In this document: in pieces, positions 41,442 through 55,058 of the stretch
How the letters are laid out: each line of letters opens with the position of its first letter
How positions within the stretch are numbered: position 1 is the stretch's first letter
Assembly (NCBI RefSeq): GCF_009914755.1
Contig: NC_060942.1
DNA length: 64,000 bases
From: the human T2T-CHM13v2.0 reference genome, Homo sapiens
Direction: 5' to 3' (one strand)
The notes under the pieces: model-generated
The model's input: only the letters and a program-made list of their open reading frames with translations
The model's database searches: none
Told to the model about the DNA's origin: nothing
Program-made: the position numbers and the translations under genes

Positions 41442-43816
41442 AAAATGTTTTGTTTTGTTTTTCCTTTCATTCTGTTGGTATGATATATTACATTAATTTT
41501 CCTATGTTGAACCATCCTTGCATTGTAGGAATAAATCCCACTTGGTCTGGTGTATAATCTTGTTAATATCCTGATAAATTTAGTTTTCTAGTATTTTGTT
41601 GAGGATGTTTTTCACCAGTGTTCATAAGGGTCTTGTAGTTTTCTTTTGGTGATTTAGTTTGGCTTTAATATCAGGACAGTGCTGCTTCATAGGATACATT
41701 AGGAAGTACTCTTTCCTCTTGAATTTTCTGGAAATGTTTGGGAAGGATTGGTGTTAGTCAGAATTAATCAGGGAAGCCATCAGGTCCAGAATTTTTCTTT
41801 ATTAGAAGATTTTGGGGTACTGATTCAATATTCTTACTTGTTATAGGTCTATTCTTATATTCTATTTTATGATTTTTCATGATTTTTCTTGGTAGATTTT
41901 GTGTTTTTAAGAATTTGTTCATTTTATATGTTTTCTGTTTTTTGGGGGTACAATAGTTGATAGTATTCTCCTATATTTTCTATTTCTACAGATTGGTAGT
42001 GATGTCCATACTTTCATTTCTGACTTTAGTAATTTATTTTTTTGTCATAATTCACCTAGCTGAAGGTTTGTCAATTTTGAGTATCTTATCCAAGAACTAT
42101 CTTTTGATTTCATTGATTTTCTCTACTGTTTTGACAGTATATATTTTGTTTAATCTCTGCTGTAATCTTTGTTATATTCTTCTTTCTGCTAGCTTTGGCT
42201 TTAGCTTATTCTTCTTTTTCTGGTTCCTTAAGTTGTAATGTCAGATTGTTGATTTGAATTTGCTTTAACAAAAATGTTTATATCCATAAATTCTTCCCTT
42301 AGCCTTGCTTTCACTGTTTCCCATAATTTTGAAATTTTTGTATTTTTGTTTCATTTATCTTCAAGTATTTTTTATGTTTTCATTGTGATTTCTTCCTCGT
42401 TCCATTGGTTTCTGACGACCATGTTATTTAATTTATGCAAATTTGTGAATTTTTGCTTTTTATTTCTGTTATTGATTTCTAATTTCATCCTGTTTTGGTC
42501 AGAGAAGATACTCTGCATGTTATCTGTCTCTCTAAATCTATTGATACTCAGTTTGCTGCCTAACATATGGTCTATCCTGGAATGTCCCATGTGTACTTCA
42601 AGAGGTACATGCTGTTTTTGTTGACTAGATTGTTCGGTATATCTCTGTTATATCTGGTTGGTTTATTGAGTTGTTTAAGTACTTTTTTTTTTATTAATTT
42701 CTGTCTGTTTTTTTCATCCATTATTGAGAGCGAGGTATTGAAATTTCCAACTAATATGGTAGAACTATCAATTTCTTCCTTGAGTTCTGTAATTTTTGCT
42801 TAATGTATGTTGAGGGTCTTTAATTAGATGCATGAATTTTTTTTTAGATATTTCTACTGTATGGAAGCTTTTATTAATATAATGTCCTCTTTTATGTCTT
42901 GCAAACAATTTTTATTTAAATTCTACTTTATCTGATATAGTCATCCCTGCTCTCTTTTGGTTACTATGTAGATGGAATATATATTTTTTCCTATTATTTC
43001 ACTTTCAATCTATTTGTGTTTTTAGATCTAAAGTGAGTCTCTTGTACACAGAATACAATGAAATCATATTTTAAATCCATTCTTTTAATTGATATTGTTT
43101 CACTGAAGAATGTAAACATTAACATTCGAAGTAACTAATGAGAGAGTAACTCTCATTAAAATAACTTCTCACTTTGCTCTTTGTTTTCTATTTGCTCTTT
43201 GTTTCCTATATGCTTTACAGCTTCTTTGTCCTTCAGTTTCTATATTACTGTCTTTCATGTTTGATTGACTTTTTAATAGTGAAATGTTTAAATTTATTTC
43301 TCACCTTTTGTGTGTATTCCATAGCTATTTTTGTGTGTGTGGTTACTATGTGATTATAGTTACCATTCTAAAATTATATTAATTTGGATTTATGCCAAGT
43401 TAACTTCAATAACAGAGAAAATCTGTGCTCCTTTACACCTCCATCTCTACCTTTTCCTGTTGTTGATATCATAAAATTACATCTTTATATGTTGTGTGCC
43501 CCCAAATATAAAGTAATAATTATTTGACATACTTTAGTCAAATAAATTATGTAGAAAACAGAATGTAGTTACAAACAAAACATATAATAATACTATGTTT
43601 TATAATTGTCCACCTGTTTACCTTTTAATGATTTTTATTTCTTCATGCAGCTTCAAGTTACTGTCTTGTGTCCTTTCATTTCTCCTTCTGGAACTTCTTG
43701 AGTAGGACAAGTCTAGTAGTAACAACATTTTTCAACTTTTCTTTGTATGGGAATATTTTGGTTGGCAGATGCTTGGTTGACAGGATTTTAGTCATCTTTT
43801 AACACTTTGAATATAT

Positions 43817-44165
43817 AGTCTATTTTTTATATTCATGGGTTATACATCTGGAGATTCAATCAACCCTGTATAAAGAATATTTTTTAATTCCACCTGTACT
43901 GAACAAGTGCAGAAGACATTTTTTCTTGTCATGATTCCCAAAATAATGGAGAATAACAATTATTTCCATAGGATTTACATAATATTTGGTATGTTGAAAA
44001 ATCTAATTTGAATTTAATCTAATTGAACTTAAAATTCAAAGGAAGATGTGCATTTGTTATATGCAAATACAATGCCATTTTATATCAGAGACTTAAGCAT
44101 GCACAGGTTTTGGTATCCATGGGAGGTCCTGGAACCAATCTTCCATGGATAGCAAGGGACAACTG
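43817..44165 (-). mobile_element. MER2 (TcMar-Tigger MITE)
   Basis: atgcaaatacaatgccattttatatcagagacttaagcat...ggaggtcctggaaccaatcttccatggatagcaagggacaactg followed by TA. Confidence 0.88.
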
Positions 44166-45797
44166 TATTGGTCCATTGCATTCTGAACTCCAAAATTTTT
44201 AATAAGAAATCTGATAATTTTATAGAGAATCCCATGTTTGTAATTAACCACTATCCTCTTGCTTCTTATAAGATTTTTTATTTGTCTTTCTCTTTCAAAA
44301 GTTTGATTACAATATGGTTATCTTTGGGTTTATCTTACTTGAAATTTGTTGTGCTTCTTGGATATTTATGTTCATGTCTTGCATTAAAATTGGGAAGCTT
44401 TCAGCCATGTTTTTCTTCAAATATTCTCCCTCCCACTTTTCTCTTGCTCTTCTTCTTCTAGCGCTTCCATAATGTGTAAATTGGTCTACTTGATAGTATT
44501 CCACAGGTCCCTTAGACATTGTTCACTTTCTTTTTTTTTTCGGCTCCTCAAACTCTTTAATTGTCATTTTCCTATCTTTAAGGTTGCAAATTCTTTCATC
44601 TGCCTGCTCAAGTCTGCCTTTGAATTTGCCTAGGAAATTCTTCGTTATAATTATTGACCTTTTCAGCTCCAGAATTTCTTTTTTGATTTTGTTTTCAGTT
44701 TTCTATCTCTTTATGAACATTTCTGTTTTATGCTTACATAATTTTCTTGACTTTCTCTATGTATTCCTTTAATTATTTAAGCACCTTTATGACAGTTATT
44801 TAAAAGTCTGTGTCTAATAGATCTGCCATGAGGCCATGCTGGCTTTTTGTTATTGTCTTTGTTTATTTTTTTAAACTGTTGTAGGCTGTCTCTGTGCAAA
44901 ACATTAAGTCTAAGATATAAACTTGCAATCTTTTTAGGTCTTTTCTAAGCCTACACATTTCCCAGGGTGTACACTCTCACTTTCTAATTTTTCCTGTACA
45001 AGAAGTTGCTTTTGAATATAGTAGTCATTAATGTCTGACTCCCAAAAGGAGAAAATGAGAAAAATGAAGAGTTTGGGGAAAGGATGACAGTCCTTTAAAT
45101 TCCCTGGAAGTCACATCAGAGAGAGGGGGAAGGACTTGCAACAATGAGCGGAGGTGCAATAATAATGGTGACCTGCTTCTTCTTTTGAAACTAGGTGATC
45201 ATAACCAGCAATCATCAATCAGAGCACAGATTCCCAATATTTGAAGAAAAGAGTCCTTCTTTCCCACCTTGGCTCCTGCAATTTGAGTGTAAGTTGCTCC
45301 AGGAACAAGTGCACAGCTGCATGCCACAGCTGCCCACTATAGAGCTGAGATGAAGGATAGGCAGCTGCCCCTGTTTATAGCTGAAATTGACTGAAATTTT
45401 CTGCAATTTCTTGTCCAAATCTTCCCATGGAAGTTTTGAAATTTCAGTAGCCTCCACAGTTCCAAAATGGTTACATCAGACATAATATTCCAGTGTAATT
45501 GTTTTCTGTGTAGGTAGACATATTTCTATTCCAACAGACAGATGGTAGAAAAATCCACCATCTTTCAAGAATCCTCTTGACATGACAGGTTTTTATACAA
45601 AAGTTTTAGATTACTGGCATTGACAGGTAGGAGATGAAAAGTCACATAGGAATAAAACGTGTGGTAGTAGGGAAGGATAGGAAATTGTAGTAAACAATTG
45701 ATAAATCAGAACACAGAGGGCACAAGAAGACTGAAATAAAATACTAGAATGGTAGGCTGAAAACATACTGTGTTCAATGCACCAGACTAGAAACACA

Positions 45798-45824
45798 TCT
45801 CTCTTTCTCTCTGTCTCTCTCTGT

Positions 45825-45862
<38 letters not shown>
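45798..45862. repeat. Compound (CT)n(GT)~17 microsatellite
   Basis: read directly from the sequence. Confidence 0.97.
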
Positions 45863-45863
<1 letters not shown>

Positions 45864-45989
45864 TGCCTGTCCACTATGAGTTTTCACACAACATTTGCTT
45901 CATGAATGAATGAGAAGGTAAATGATGGATAAACAGAAATAAAACAACATATCCCTGAAGCAGAGACTACCTTGGCAAACAAGTTAAAC

Positions 45990-46224
45990 CAGCATTTCTC
46001 AATCTTGGCATTATTGATATTTTTGGCTGGATTAAGTCTTCATCAGAGTTTGGGGAGATGGTGTCCTGTATATTGTGTATTGTAGTATTTTAACACTATC
46101 CCTGGTTTTTGATGCTAAGTGTCAATTTCACCCCTCCCCAAGTATGGCAATTAAAAATGTCTCCAGACATTGCCAAATGTCTTCATGAGTATGGTGGCAA
46201 AATACTTCAGGTTAAGAACTATTG
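45990..46224 (+). mobile_element. MER20 (hAT-Charlie)
   Basis: cagcatttctcaatcttggcattattgatatttttggctgg...aaaaatgtctccagacattgccaaatgtc...ggttaagaactattg. Confidence 0.88.
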
Positions 46225-47695
46225 GCTTAAAACAAATGAAGCATGGAGAAGTAATTTAAGTTGAGAAAAATTTCAGAAAAAAGGGAGTTGGGTTAGGATC
46301 AACTAAACATAGTAATATATTTCCAGATGACATATCTTATATTGACTTTACCTAGTAAAACTTAGAACTCCATTCTTCCAGCAATAGAATAATATAATAA
46401 TTTTATAATCCAAAAATTTTTAAATTCAAAGATAGGTTCTATCATAAGTAATAACTTTCAATGAGAGAAAATCTCTATAAAACAAGAGGCACCATCCTTA
46501 CGTTGATTTTTTAGAGTGGAGTATTGTGTAGTTCTGCATCTCATGTTTGCTCTACAGATGCTTTAAGGAAAACAAAGAAATCACATATATTGATTTCTGC
46601 AGCATTAAATACATTTATACATCAAAGCAAAAGAACACAGGAATGTTTCAATTTGTGTTGCATAATTAAACTTTCATTATTAAAAACATTCCATATTTTC
46701 TAGCAATTTTGATTTATATATGTGTATATATAAATAAATAAATATATTTAATATACATATAATATATAAGTAAATATATATATTTTTTCTTTTTCATAGT
46801 CAAACGCTTGCTTTTTGTATATCATGTTTTCTGGAATACAAGAAAACAGGCCATAAACATAAGAAAATAAAATATGCAATTGCCTGTTTAGCATGACAAT
46901 TCAAAGAAATGATTTTGGAATGGTTCTATACTATAAATTTGATATTAGGAACTACGGGTGTAAAACTGGGCAAATTAAGTTCCCAGATAATACAAGAAAT
47001 TCTGTTTTAAACATTATTTGAAATAAGCTATAGTTCTAGGTAAAATTATTAAGTTGCTAAAATTTTGAAGGGACATAGCTCCATTCCTTCTTCAATAGCA
47101 TCTTTTCCTTGTTGAATGTACCAATCTCTGGGTATTTAATAGTCTAATATGTTCATGTTGTTATGTGGGTAATTTATTTATTTACTTGCTCAGCAATATT
47201 TATTTGATATTCGGCATGTACCATACAGTGTTCAATAATGGTACTATCAAGATGAACAACTTACAGGTTATCTATTCTTTTGAACCTTGTTTTTCTTCTT
47301 ATTAAGATTTACATTTCTTATAATGTATAGTTTTCTGTTTACCCACAAGTTTTATTCTATTTTAAAGATAATATTAATAAATTATTACTATTGTATTTGT
47401 CAATGATACATGACTCCTCTCTGATAACAGATATCATATTAACAGAATATTTTTAAATTACAGATAACAGAAAATATAAGACTTTATAGCATTATTGCTC
47501 GATCATTTCAGTGAGGCCAGCAATATCTGGGAGTAAGGCCATATTGCAGAAGCGTTCTGACCACTTGAGCTATGGAGATTATATTTCTAATTACTCAGAG
47601 TACATATTTTTCCAATTTACCTAGTTTGGGAGCCAATAAATTTGTTTTGCCTTTTTTTATTTTTTAAATTTTGCTTAAAACAACAGAAGATTATT

Positions 47696-47997
47696 GGCTG
47701 GGTGTGGTGGCTCATGCCTGTAATCCCAGCACTTTGGGAAGCCGAGGTGGGCGGATCACGAGGTCAGGAGTTTGAGACCAGCCTGGCCAATGTGGTGAAA
47801 CCCCGTCTCTACTAAAAATATAAAAATTGGCTGGACGTGGTGGCAGGCACCTGTAATCCCAGTTACTCAGGAAGCTGAGGCAGGAGAATCATTTGAACCC
47901 AGGAGGCGGAGGTTGCAGTGTGCTGAGATTGCGCCACTGGACTCCAGCCTGGGTGACAGAGTGAGACTCCATCTCACAAAAGCAAAAAACAAAAAAT
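47696..47997 (+). mobile_element. AluSg-like with TSD AGAAGATTATT
   Basis: ggatcacgaggtcaggagtttgagacc; TSD at 47685-47695 and 47998-48008. Confidence 0.97.
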
Positions 47998-48118
47998 AGA
48001 AGATTATTATCTCATATTTCTGGAGGCTAGAAGTCCAAACTCAAGGGGTCTTTAAGGCCATCCTTTCTCCTAAGGCTCTAGAGATTTATCTTCCCTTGCC
48101 TATTTCTAGCTTATGGTG

Positions 48119-48491
48119 TGTATTAGCCCGTTTTCACACTGCTAATAAAGACGTACCCAAGACTGGGTAATTTATAAAGGAAAGAGGTTTAATTGGCTCA
48201 CAGTTCCACATGGCTGGGGAAGCCTCAGAACACTTAAATCGTGGCAGAATGAGGAGTAAACACGTCCTTCTTTACATGGTGGCAGCAAGAAGTGCCGAGC
48301 AAAAGGGGGAAAAGCCCCTTATTAAAACCATCAGATCTCATGAGAATTCACTCACTGTCATGAGACCATCATGAGGGTAACTGCCCCCATGATTAAATTA
48401 TCTCCCATCTGGTTCCTCCCATGACAGGTGGGGATTATGGAAACTATAATTCAAAATGAGATTTGGGTGGGGACACAGCCAAACCGTATCA
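48119..48491 (-). mobile_element. THE1 (C/D-like) solo LTR
   Basis: tgtattagcccgttttcacactgctaataaagacgtacccaagactggg...gagatttgggtggggacacagccaaaccgtatca; TGGTG near both ends. Confidence 0.93.
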
Positions 48492-48839
48492 CTGGTGGTT
48501 GCCAGCAATCTTTAATGTGTCTTGGCTGTGGAAGCATCACTACAATCTCTTTCCTTGTTGGCCTTCTCTGCATGTCTCTTCCATGTCTTCAAATTTCTCT
48601 CTCCTTATAAGGACATCAGTTACTGGATTTAGAGCTCACACTAATCCAATATGATCTCACTTGAAGTTGAATACAGCTGCAAATACCTTATTTCCAAACA
48701 ATGCCACATTCGGAGTTACCAAGTGTTGGGAGTTCAACATATCTTTTGGGGAACTCAATTCAACCCACAATAGCAGTACTCATTTATTGAGCACTAACTA
48801 GAAAGAAATGATTCTTGTGGTGAAATGATTTAGTAGTCT

Positions 48840-49886
48840 ATTACAGGACTCCTCATAAACGCAGTGAAGCTAGAGTGAAAAATAGATAAATTCACTGTCA
48901 TAGTAAACTTAAACACACTTCTTGATTAATTAATCAAGCAGCAAAAACAAGTGTATCATCTACATTTAAATATCATGCTGAGCAAGGTCAATATACTGAA
49001 CATTTATGGAAAACATACTTTTCAAGCAATGTGGGATATTCGCAAAATTGGAGATTAACAAATGTCAAGCAAATAGTTTCATATAGAAGACATTCTTTTC
49101 CAGGATATTATTAGGTTAAAAATTAATCCCAAAAGATAACTTAAAAAACTGAATTATCTGAAAAATTTAAAACAGATTTCTAAGTAATTTATGTTTCACA
49201 GAAGATACCATAAGGAAAATTAGAAAAAAATTAGAATTGACCGTTAATAAAACACAACATTTCAAATACTTGCTAAATGCAACTAATATTTTGCTTAGAG
49301 AAACATTTATAGTCTTAAAATAATAATTAAAATAAATAAAATATAAAGTTTAATAAAGTAAACAGAAAAAAAGATGATATAGTAAATGCAACCAAAAAAA
49401 CAGATAGAAGGAAAGAAATAACAAACACAAAAATAATGGAGCAGCAAAGTTAAAAGCTGGTTTTTTAAAAGGCTGAAAAGATGAACAAAATGTTGGCAAA
49501 ATTGTTGAAGAAAAAAAGGCACAAATAATTTTAAGAATTAAAAAGGCAGATAACTACAGATATAGCAGATAGTAAAAGCATAAGAAAAATATGTATCTAT
49601 TAGTGACACTACATTTGAAAACTTAGACAAAATGAACAAAATCCTAGACAATTATACCTTACCAACGCTGACTCAAGAAGAAATAAGAAACTTTAATAAT
49701 TCTACATTTGTAGAATAAATTAATAATTTTAAACTTTCCCATTGGGCCCAGGTGGTTTTACAGGAAAATGTTATCAAATATTCAAATCATAGATAATTCC
49801 AATCTTATGCAACCTTTTTCAGATAAAACAAAATAGAGAAACATGCCCCAGTTCCTTCTATGAGGCTAGTATAATCTAATGCTAAA
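48840..49886 (+). mobile_element. Diverged LINE-1 ORF2 fragment
   Basis: tttgaaaacttagacaaaatgaacaaaatcctagac...gggcccaggtggttttacagg...ttctatgaggctagtataat (ORF2 EASI region). Confidence 0.78.
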
Positions 49887-49887
49887 G

Positions 49888-52250
49888 ACAATGTCATCTG
49901 CAACCAGGAACAATTTAACTTTCTTTTTTCCAATCTGAATACCTTTTATTTCTTTCTCTTGCTTAATTAGTCTGACTAGAACTTCTGAAAGTAGGTTGAT
50001 AAGAGTGATAAAATTTGGTGTCCTTCACTTTTTCTAATTCTTGTAGGGAAAGCTACCAACATTTCCCAGGTCAGTATGATGTTGGCTGTGGGTTTGTAAT
50101 ATATGGCCTTTATTGTTTTGAGGTACATTCCTTCCAGACCTCATTTGTTGGGTGTTTTTATGATGAAGGGACAGAAGGGACATTGAATTTTATAAAATTA
50201 GTTTTTTATTTCTATTAAGATGATGACACATTTTGTTTCTTATTTTCTGTAGATGTGACGTATCATATTTATTAATTTTCCTGTATTGAACCATCCCAGC
50301 ATCCCTGAAATAACTCCCACTTCATCATGGTATATAATATTTTTGATGTGCTGTTCGATTCAGTTTGCTAATATTTGGTTGAAAATTTTTGCGTCATTTT
50401 TCATCGGAGATCGTAGCCTGTATTTGTTGTTGCTTTTATAGTTGTGAATTTATTTGGTTTTCGTATCTGGGTAATGCTGGTCATGTAGAATGAGTTTGGA
50501 AGAATTCCTTCTCCTCCAACAAAAAAATAGTTTGAGAACTTCTTTAAAAATTTGGCAGAATTCAGCAGTGAAGTCATCAGTTCCTGAGTTTTTTATTGTT
50601 GAGAGACTTTTTATTAACAATTTAATCTTTTTACTCATTATTGGTCTGTTTAGGTTTTCTATTTTTTCCTGGCTCAGTCTTGGTATGTTGTGTATGTCCA
50701 GGAATTTATCCGTTTTCTCTAGGCTTTCCAATTTGTTGACATATAGTTCTTCATAATACACTCTAATGATCCTTTACATTTCTCTGGTATTAGATGGAAT
50801 GTCTCCTTTTTTGTTTCTGGTTTTATTTATTTGGGATTTCTTTCTTTTTTTTTTAGTTTAGCTAGTGATTTGTCAATTTAGTTTATGTTTCAAATGACAT
50901 GAACACCTACAGCTTTTGCTTCTGGACACTCTTATGATATCTACATCTTCGTTGAATTTCTCATTTAGATCATGAATTATTTTCCTGATTTCATTAAATT
51001 GTCTACCTCTTTCCTCTGGTATCTCCCTGAGTTTACTAAAGGTTATTATTTTCAATTCCTTTTCAGGCTATCCTTAAATTTTTATTTCTTTTTGGTCATT
51101 ATGGGTAAAACATTGTGTTTTTTTGGTGGTGTCATGTTTCCTTGCCTTTTAATGGCTTTTGTATCCCTACATTGATTTCTGTGCATCTGGTAGAACAGTT
51201 TACTCTTCCAATTTTATAAAGTGTTTTTTTTTTTTTTTTTTTGGGCGGGGGAAGATTTTCACCTGCAGATGTGTCCTAGAGTGTCAAGTAGAATGCGTTG
51301 GCTTTGTTCTAGATGGTGCAGATGTGTAGTCTTCATGTAGTTTCTTCAGCTACAGACTGTGTCAGCAATGTCTGTAAGTACCTCAGTGGCTTGGAGTGCA
51401 GAGGTTTGCATAGCGGGTTCACCTACTCAAGATTTGCTCCTTTGTGGGTTCGGTACTGGGATGGTCTGTGCTCAGAAGACACATGAGGTTGCTATTTAGC
51501 TTGGCTGAGGAGATACTCCTTTAGGGGCAGGGCACTGGGGCAACAGATATTCTGCTGAACCCAGGCTCCAAGTGGCCAGGGTCCTGGTTCTAGAATGAGG
51601 AAGATGAACTTCCCACTAGAAAGCTTATTCCGAGGGACCAGCGAGTTGTAGCAGCTTGGACTGGGAATGGTGCCCCATCATTTGTAAACATGGTGTAATG
51701 GTAGCAAAGCCTCCAATTTAAGGAGCTACAGAGTTTACTGGCCCCTGGAGCTGAATACACTCTAGCAGTGGCTCTGGCTTCAAGATGGTACCTTGAAACA
51801 ATAGATTGGGTAATGGCGGGCAGACGAGGGGCACAATGTGGGCCCCTTCTTTGAATCAAAACAGTCATGTGAACTGGCAGATTTCACACTCGGTTCATGT
51901 CGTGTGAGAGCTGCAGGATTCTCCAGCAGCAAAAACTGCAGGTGTGTGTGGCATTAGTGGGGGCTGCTGGGGGCCTGCCCTGCTGCTCTCTTTGTGCAGG
52001 AAAGTTGCTCTTGCTTCGAAGCTAATTTCTTCTGGGAGACAGGGTGACAGCAGCAGTGTGCCTCGCCTCTTTCTCTATTTGGCCGTCATGAGTCTCTGTG
52101 TTCCACAAGGCCTGCGCCAGTCTCTTGCTCTACTCCAGTGGTATCCCTTAGACACTAGTCAAATAAGAGCTGTTTATTCACTATTTTCGTCATTTTTTGT
52201 TGGGGCAAGATGAGCACCAGAAACTTTCAGTCAGCCATCTTGCTGATATC
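49888..52250 (-). mobile_element. Old LINE-1 (L1MA/L1M2-like): 5' UTR, start of ORF1, and mid-ORF2 after an internal deletion
   Basis: ORF 50450-50761 (YEELYVNKLESLEKTDKFLD...GTDDFTAEFCQIFK); ORF1-like 50873-51055; 5' end gtcagccatcttgctga. Confidence 0.87.
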
Positions 52251-54657
52251 ACTTTTTCCCTTTTCTTTTGAGAGAAAAAATGTTAAAGATTTTGATTTTT
52301 TGGCCAAAAGAATTTAACGAGTGATGGGGAAAAGTGGATACATGAACTGGTTAATTAGCTATGATTTTAATATACACTCTATTTTATAAATCAAAATTCC
52401 AACTTCCCAGTGGCCCAATGTCATGGAGTTCTTCATAACTATAAGAAAAAAAAAAACGCTTGTAAGAAAAAGTATCAGAGAACCAAAATGTAAAGAAATG
52501 ATTGAACAGTAATTCTATTTTTAGAACTGTCCTAAGGCTTGTGGAAGTGTGGAAACTATACTGTAACTCATTTCTCCATGGGACAGTTAAATAATGCAAG
52601 CATGGAATACTCCAGGATGTCAAAGTGGATAGAGATCAGTGTGAGTACCATGCTCAGGGATGACTCCATGGTGAATTTTTAACATATTTTTTATCTGTCT
52701 ACACTCCACAAAAAGGATACATGAAAAGAAGCCTTGTGATGATTAAATTACTCCAATTTGCCTTTATTTTCAGTTGTATAGTTCCTGAGGATAGTGTTTG
52801 AACTGAATGCATTTTGACAGCATAACCATACAATTCCCATGTTCAGTGTGAGATTACATATTGCTCTACAGATCTGTTACCTGCTTTGTTTGCCTTTTTC
52901 TATATCTGCTTATCTGCCTTTCACCATTCAGTAGATAATTATTATCTTACTATATTTCTATCTTAAGATGGAACAAGCTAAAACAAACCAAGGGACTATG
53001 AAGAGAACTCAGACAATTTCATTTCGTTAAACCACAATGGAATGCAATTTGTATTTCTTAAGATTATGAAATATGGTGCGCATTTATGAGCACTTGGATC
53101 TCAGTGTTAGTAGAAGGCAAGTAAAAGGATAGGGAAAGTATTATTTTATGGTAATCCTTGGAAATTTTCATAATAAAAAATGCCCTAAGCACTCAGATTG
53201 TCCGTAACAGAGCTGTAATAATATGAATCAAAGGCAGGTACTTCTTCTAAACTTGATTTTGAGAAATCTGAAATCCTTCTGTTTTGAGGTGGTGGGAAGG
53301 CTATGTACACTTTTACTGCAAGTAATGACTAATATCAGCAGGTGCTGTATGTGCCTGCTGTACTTGTGGCCAGAAAAGAGTAGAATACAAAGCTCTTATT
53401 TATTAAGCATGTGTTATGTAGAGCCAGAAGTCTCTAGGAGATCCTAACTTGATTATTTTTCCCTTCTGGCTCTATGCAACACATGCTTAATCAGGTAAGG
53501 TCATAATTTGAGAGCAGTTAGATGGTTCTCTTTTCAAATGTATTTCTCCTACCAGTCTGCCAAAATTGCAAAATTTTGTTCATCATTAAACATCCCCTTT
53601 AGTTAAGACATTAGTGTTCCTCATAAAAATGCAAATATATTATTAAGCATTAATATCTTATTACTAATTAGTTGATCAATTTTACCCTGACAAAGAAAAC
53701 AATCATGAGACAATGGGAAATAGGGGTCAGGCAAGAATATTCATGAGGTGAAAGGTCAGCAAAGGGCTGAACCATGGGGTGTTACTAGGAGAAAGTTTCA
53801 GGTAAGGCAGCTCAGAGGAGACATTCTAGTAAGGCAGATAATATCCTAGGGGAATGGTGACTTTTAGATCTGTCTTAAATCTCCATATCTGGGTGATCAC
53901 ATTTGCTAACTGAGCCAGTGACCTCACCTGCAATTTGTATAGGGAGTGAGGAAGATTCACATCGGTATGGCTTACATAGATTTGGATGCTGATAATTTAG
54001 ATTTACTTTGGAGAAAAGATGTACGACAGAATTAATGACTTCTTTTGCACATATAAAATGTCTGAATTCTAACAACAATATTACCACAATTTGGGGTAAA
54101 TTATTGTGTTTTTGAGAGAAACTGAGAAAACAAAGTAAAACAATAATAGTAATAATGATGATGATGTTTATGCAGCAGACAGTAAATAGAATGAAAACAT
54201 CTAAAAATAAAGAAATGGACAGTGAAATGTGAAAGACCAGAGAGAAAGGGCAGGTGAGTTGGCCACGAAATGTGTTCCTGGACTCTGTCCTTTTGGTTTT
54301 CTAAGTAAAGTCCTCAACAGAAAAAGTCTTTCTAAGCAGTAAATCCTAGTTCTTGTGATTTTGTTTTTGCAAGTGGAACGTAAGTTTTCATGTCATAAAT
54401 CTTGGCCAATATTAATAATAGTTAAGTATTTTGAATCCTCATGAGGTGTCAGGCACTCTTCTAAGCATTTTATATGCCAGGTTTATTTCAGATTTGTTTT
54501 AAAAAGCTGGGACAGAGAATAAATACACACTCTTTGAGTAACACTATGTTCAAAAATGGAAGAGTAGCTTTAAATGCAGAGAGTTCAGTGTTTCAGCCTG
54601 ACTTTCTATATATCATTAAAGAAGGACCCTGTCTCTCATCTTCTAAATAATAATAAC

Positions 54658-54741
54658 TAATACTTAAATGTCATATCATGTTACAAATTCACTTCCCTTT
54701 AATACTTAAATATCATATCATGTTACAAATTCCCTTCCCTT
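54658..54741. repeat. Tandem duplication, 2 x 42 bp (2 mismatches)
   Basis: taatacttaaat(g/a)tcatatcatgttacaaattc(a/c)cttccctt twice. Confidence 0.95.
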
Positions 54742-54789
54742 ATCAATTCTTTGAAGTTTACAACATTTACATGGGTATAACCTTTAACT

Positions 54790-54910
54790 TATTTACTTCT
54801 CAAAACAACCTAGGAATTAGTGATAAGAAAACTGAGACACAATGAGTTATGTAATTTGCCCAAAGTCAAACAGGAGTAAGTACTGGGGCCAGATGTTAAA
54901 CCTAGGCAAG
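54790..54910 (-). mobile_element. MIR fragment
   Basis: gataagaaaactgagacacaatgagttatgtaatttgcccaaagtcaaacag. Confidence 0.7.
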
Positions 54911-54965
54911 AGCAAGAGCTCTTTATTATGAGATATAGTGACTCTTTGGGCTTTAACTTAATATG

Positions 54966-55058
54966 ACCTCAGTAAGTCTCTTAGCTGTAATTGGTATAAT
55001 CTGTAAAATGACTCACCTCAGTAAGTCTCTTTTCTATAATTGGCTCAATCTGTAAAAT
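54966..55058. repeat. Tandem duplication with 49-bp period (MIR-core-like sequence)
   Basis: acctcagtaagtctctt...taattgg...aatctgtaaaat starting at 54966 and 55015. Confidence 0.85.

Larger units (their letters stand above)
38270..45575 (-). mobile_element. Near full-length old LINE-1 (L1MB-like), host of L1PA6-like, MSTB and MER2 insertions
   Basis: L1MB 3' UTR at 38.3 kb; ORF2 remnants (SRIDHMLGSKLSINRF at 42372-42590); ORF1-like (MAESFPILMQDMNINIQEAQQ at 44307-44519); 5' end ccaccatctttc at about 45556. Confidence 0.88.
47670..48773 (-). mobile_element. MLT1 (MLT1C-like) LTR interrupted by an Alu and a THE1
   Basis: gcttaaaacaacagaa | tctggaggctagaagtccaa...tctagcttatggtg | gttgccagcaatc...cttataaggacatcagttactggatttag...tcaacccacaa. 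Confidence 0.85.

Noticed and set aside
54658-55058. Direct repeats as a CRISPR-like array
   Set aside because: Only two adjacent copies each, no spacers, no cas genes, and a eukaryotic context
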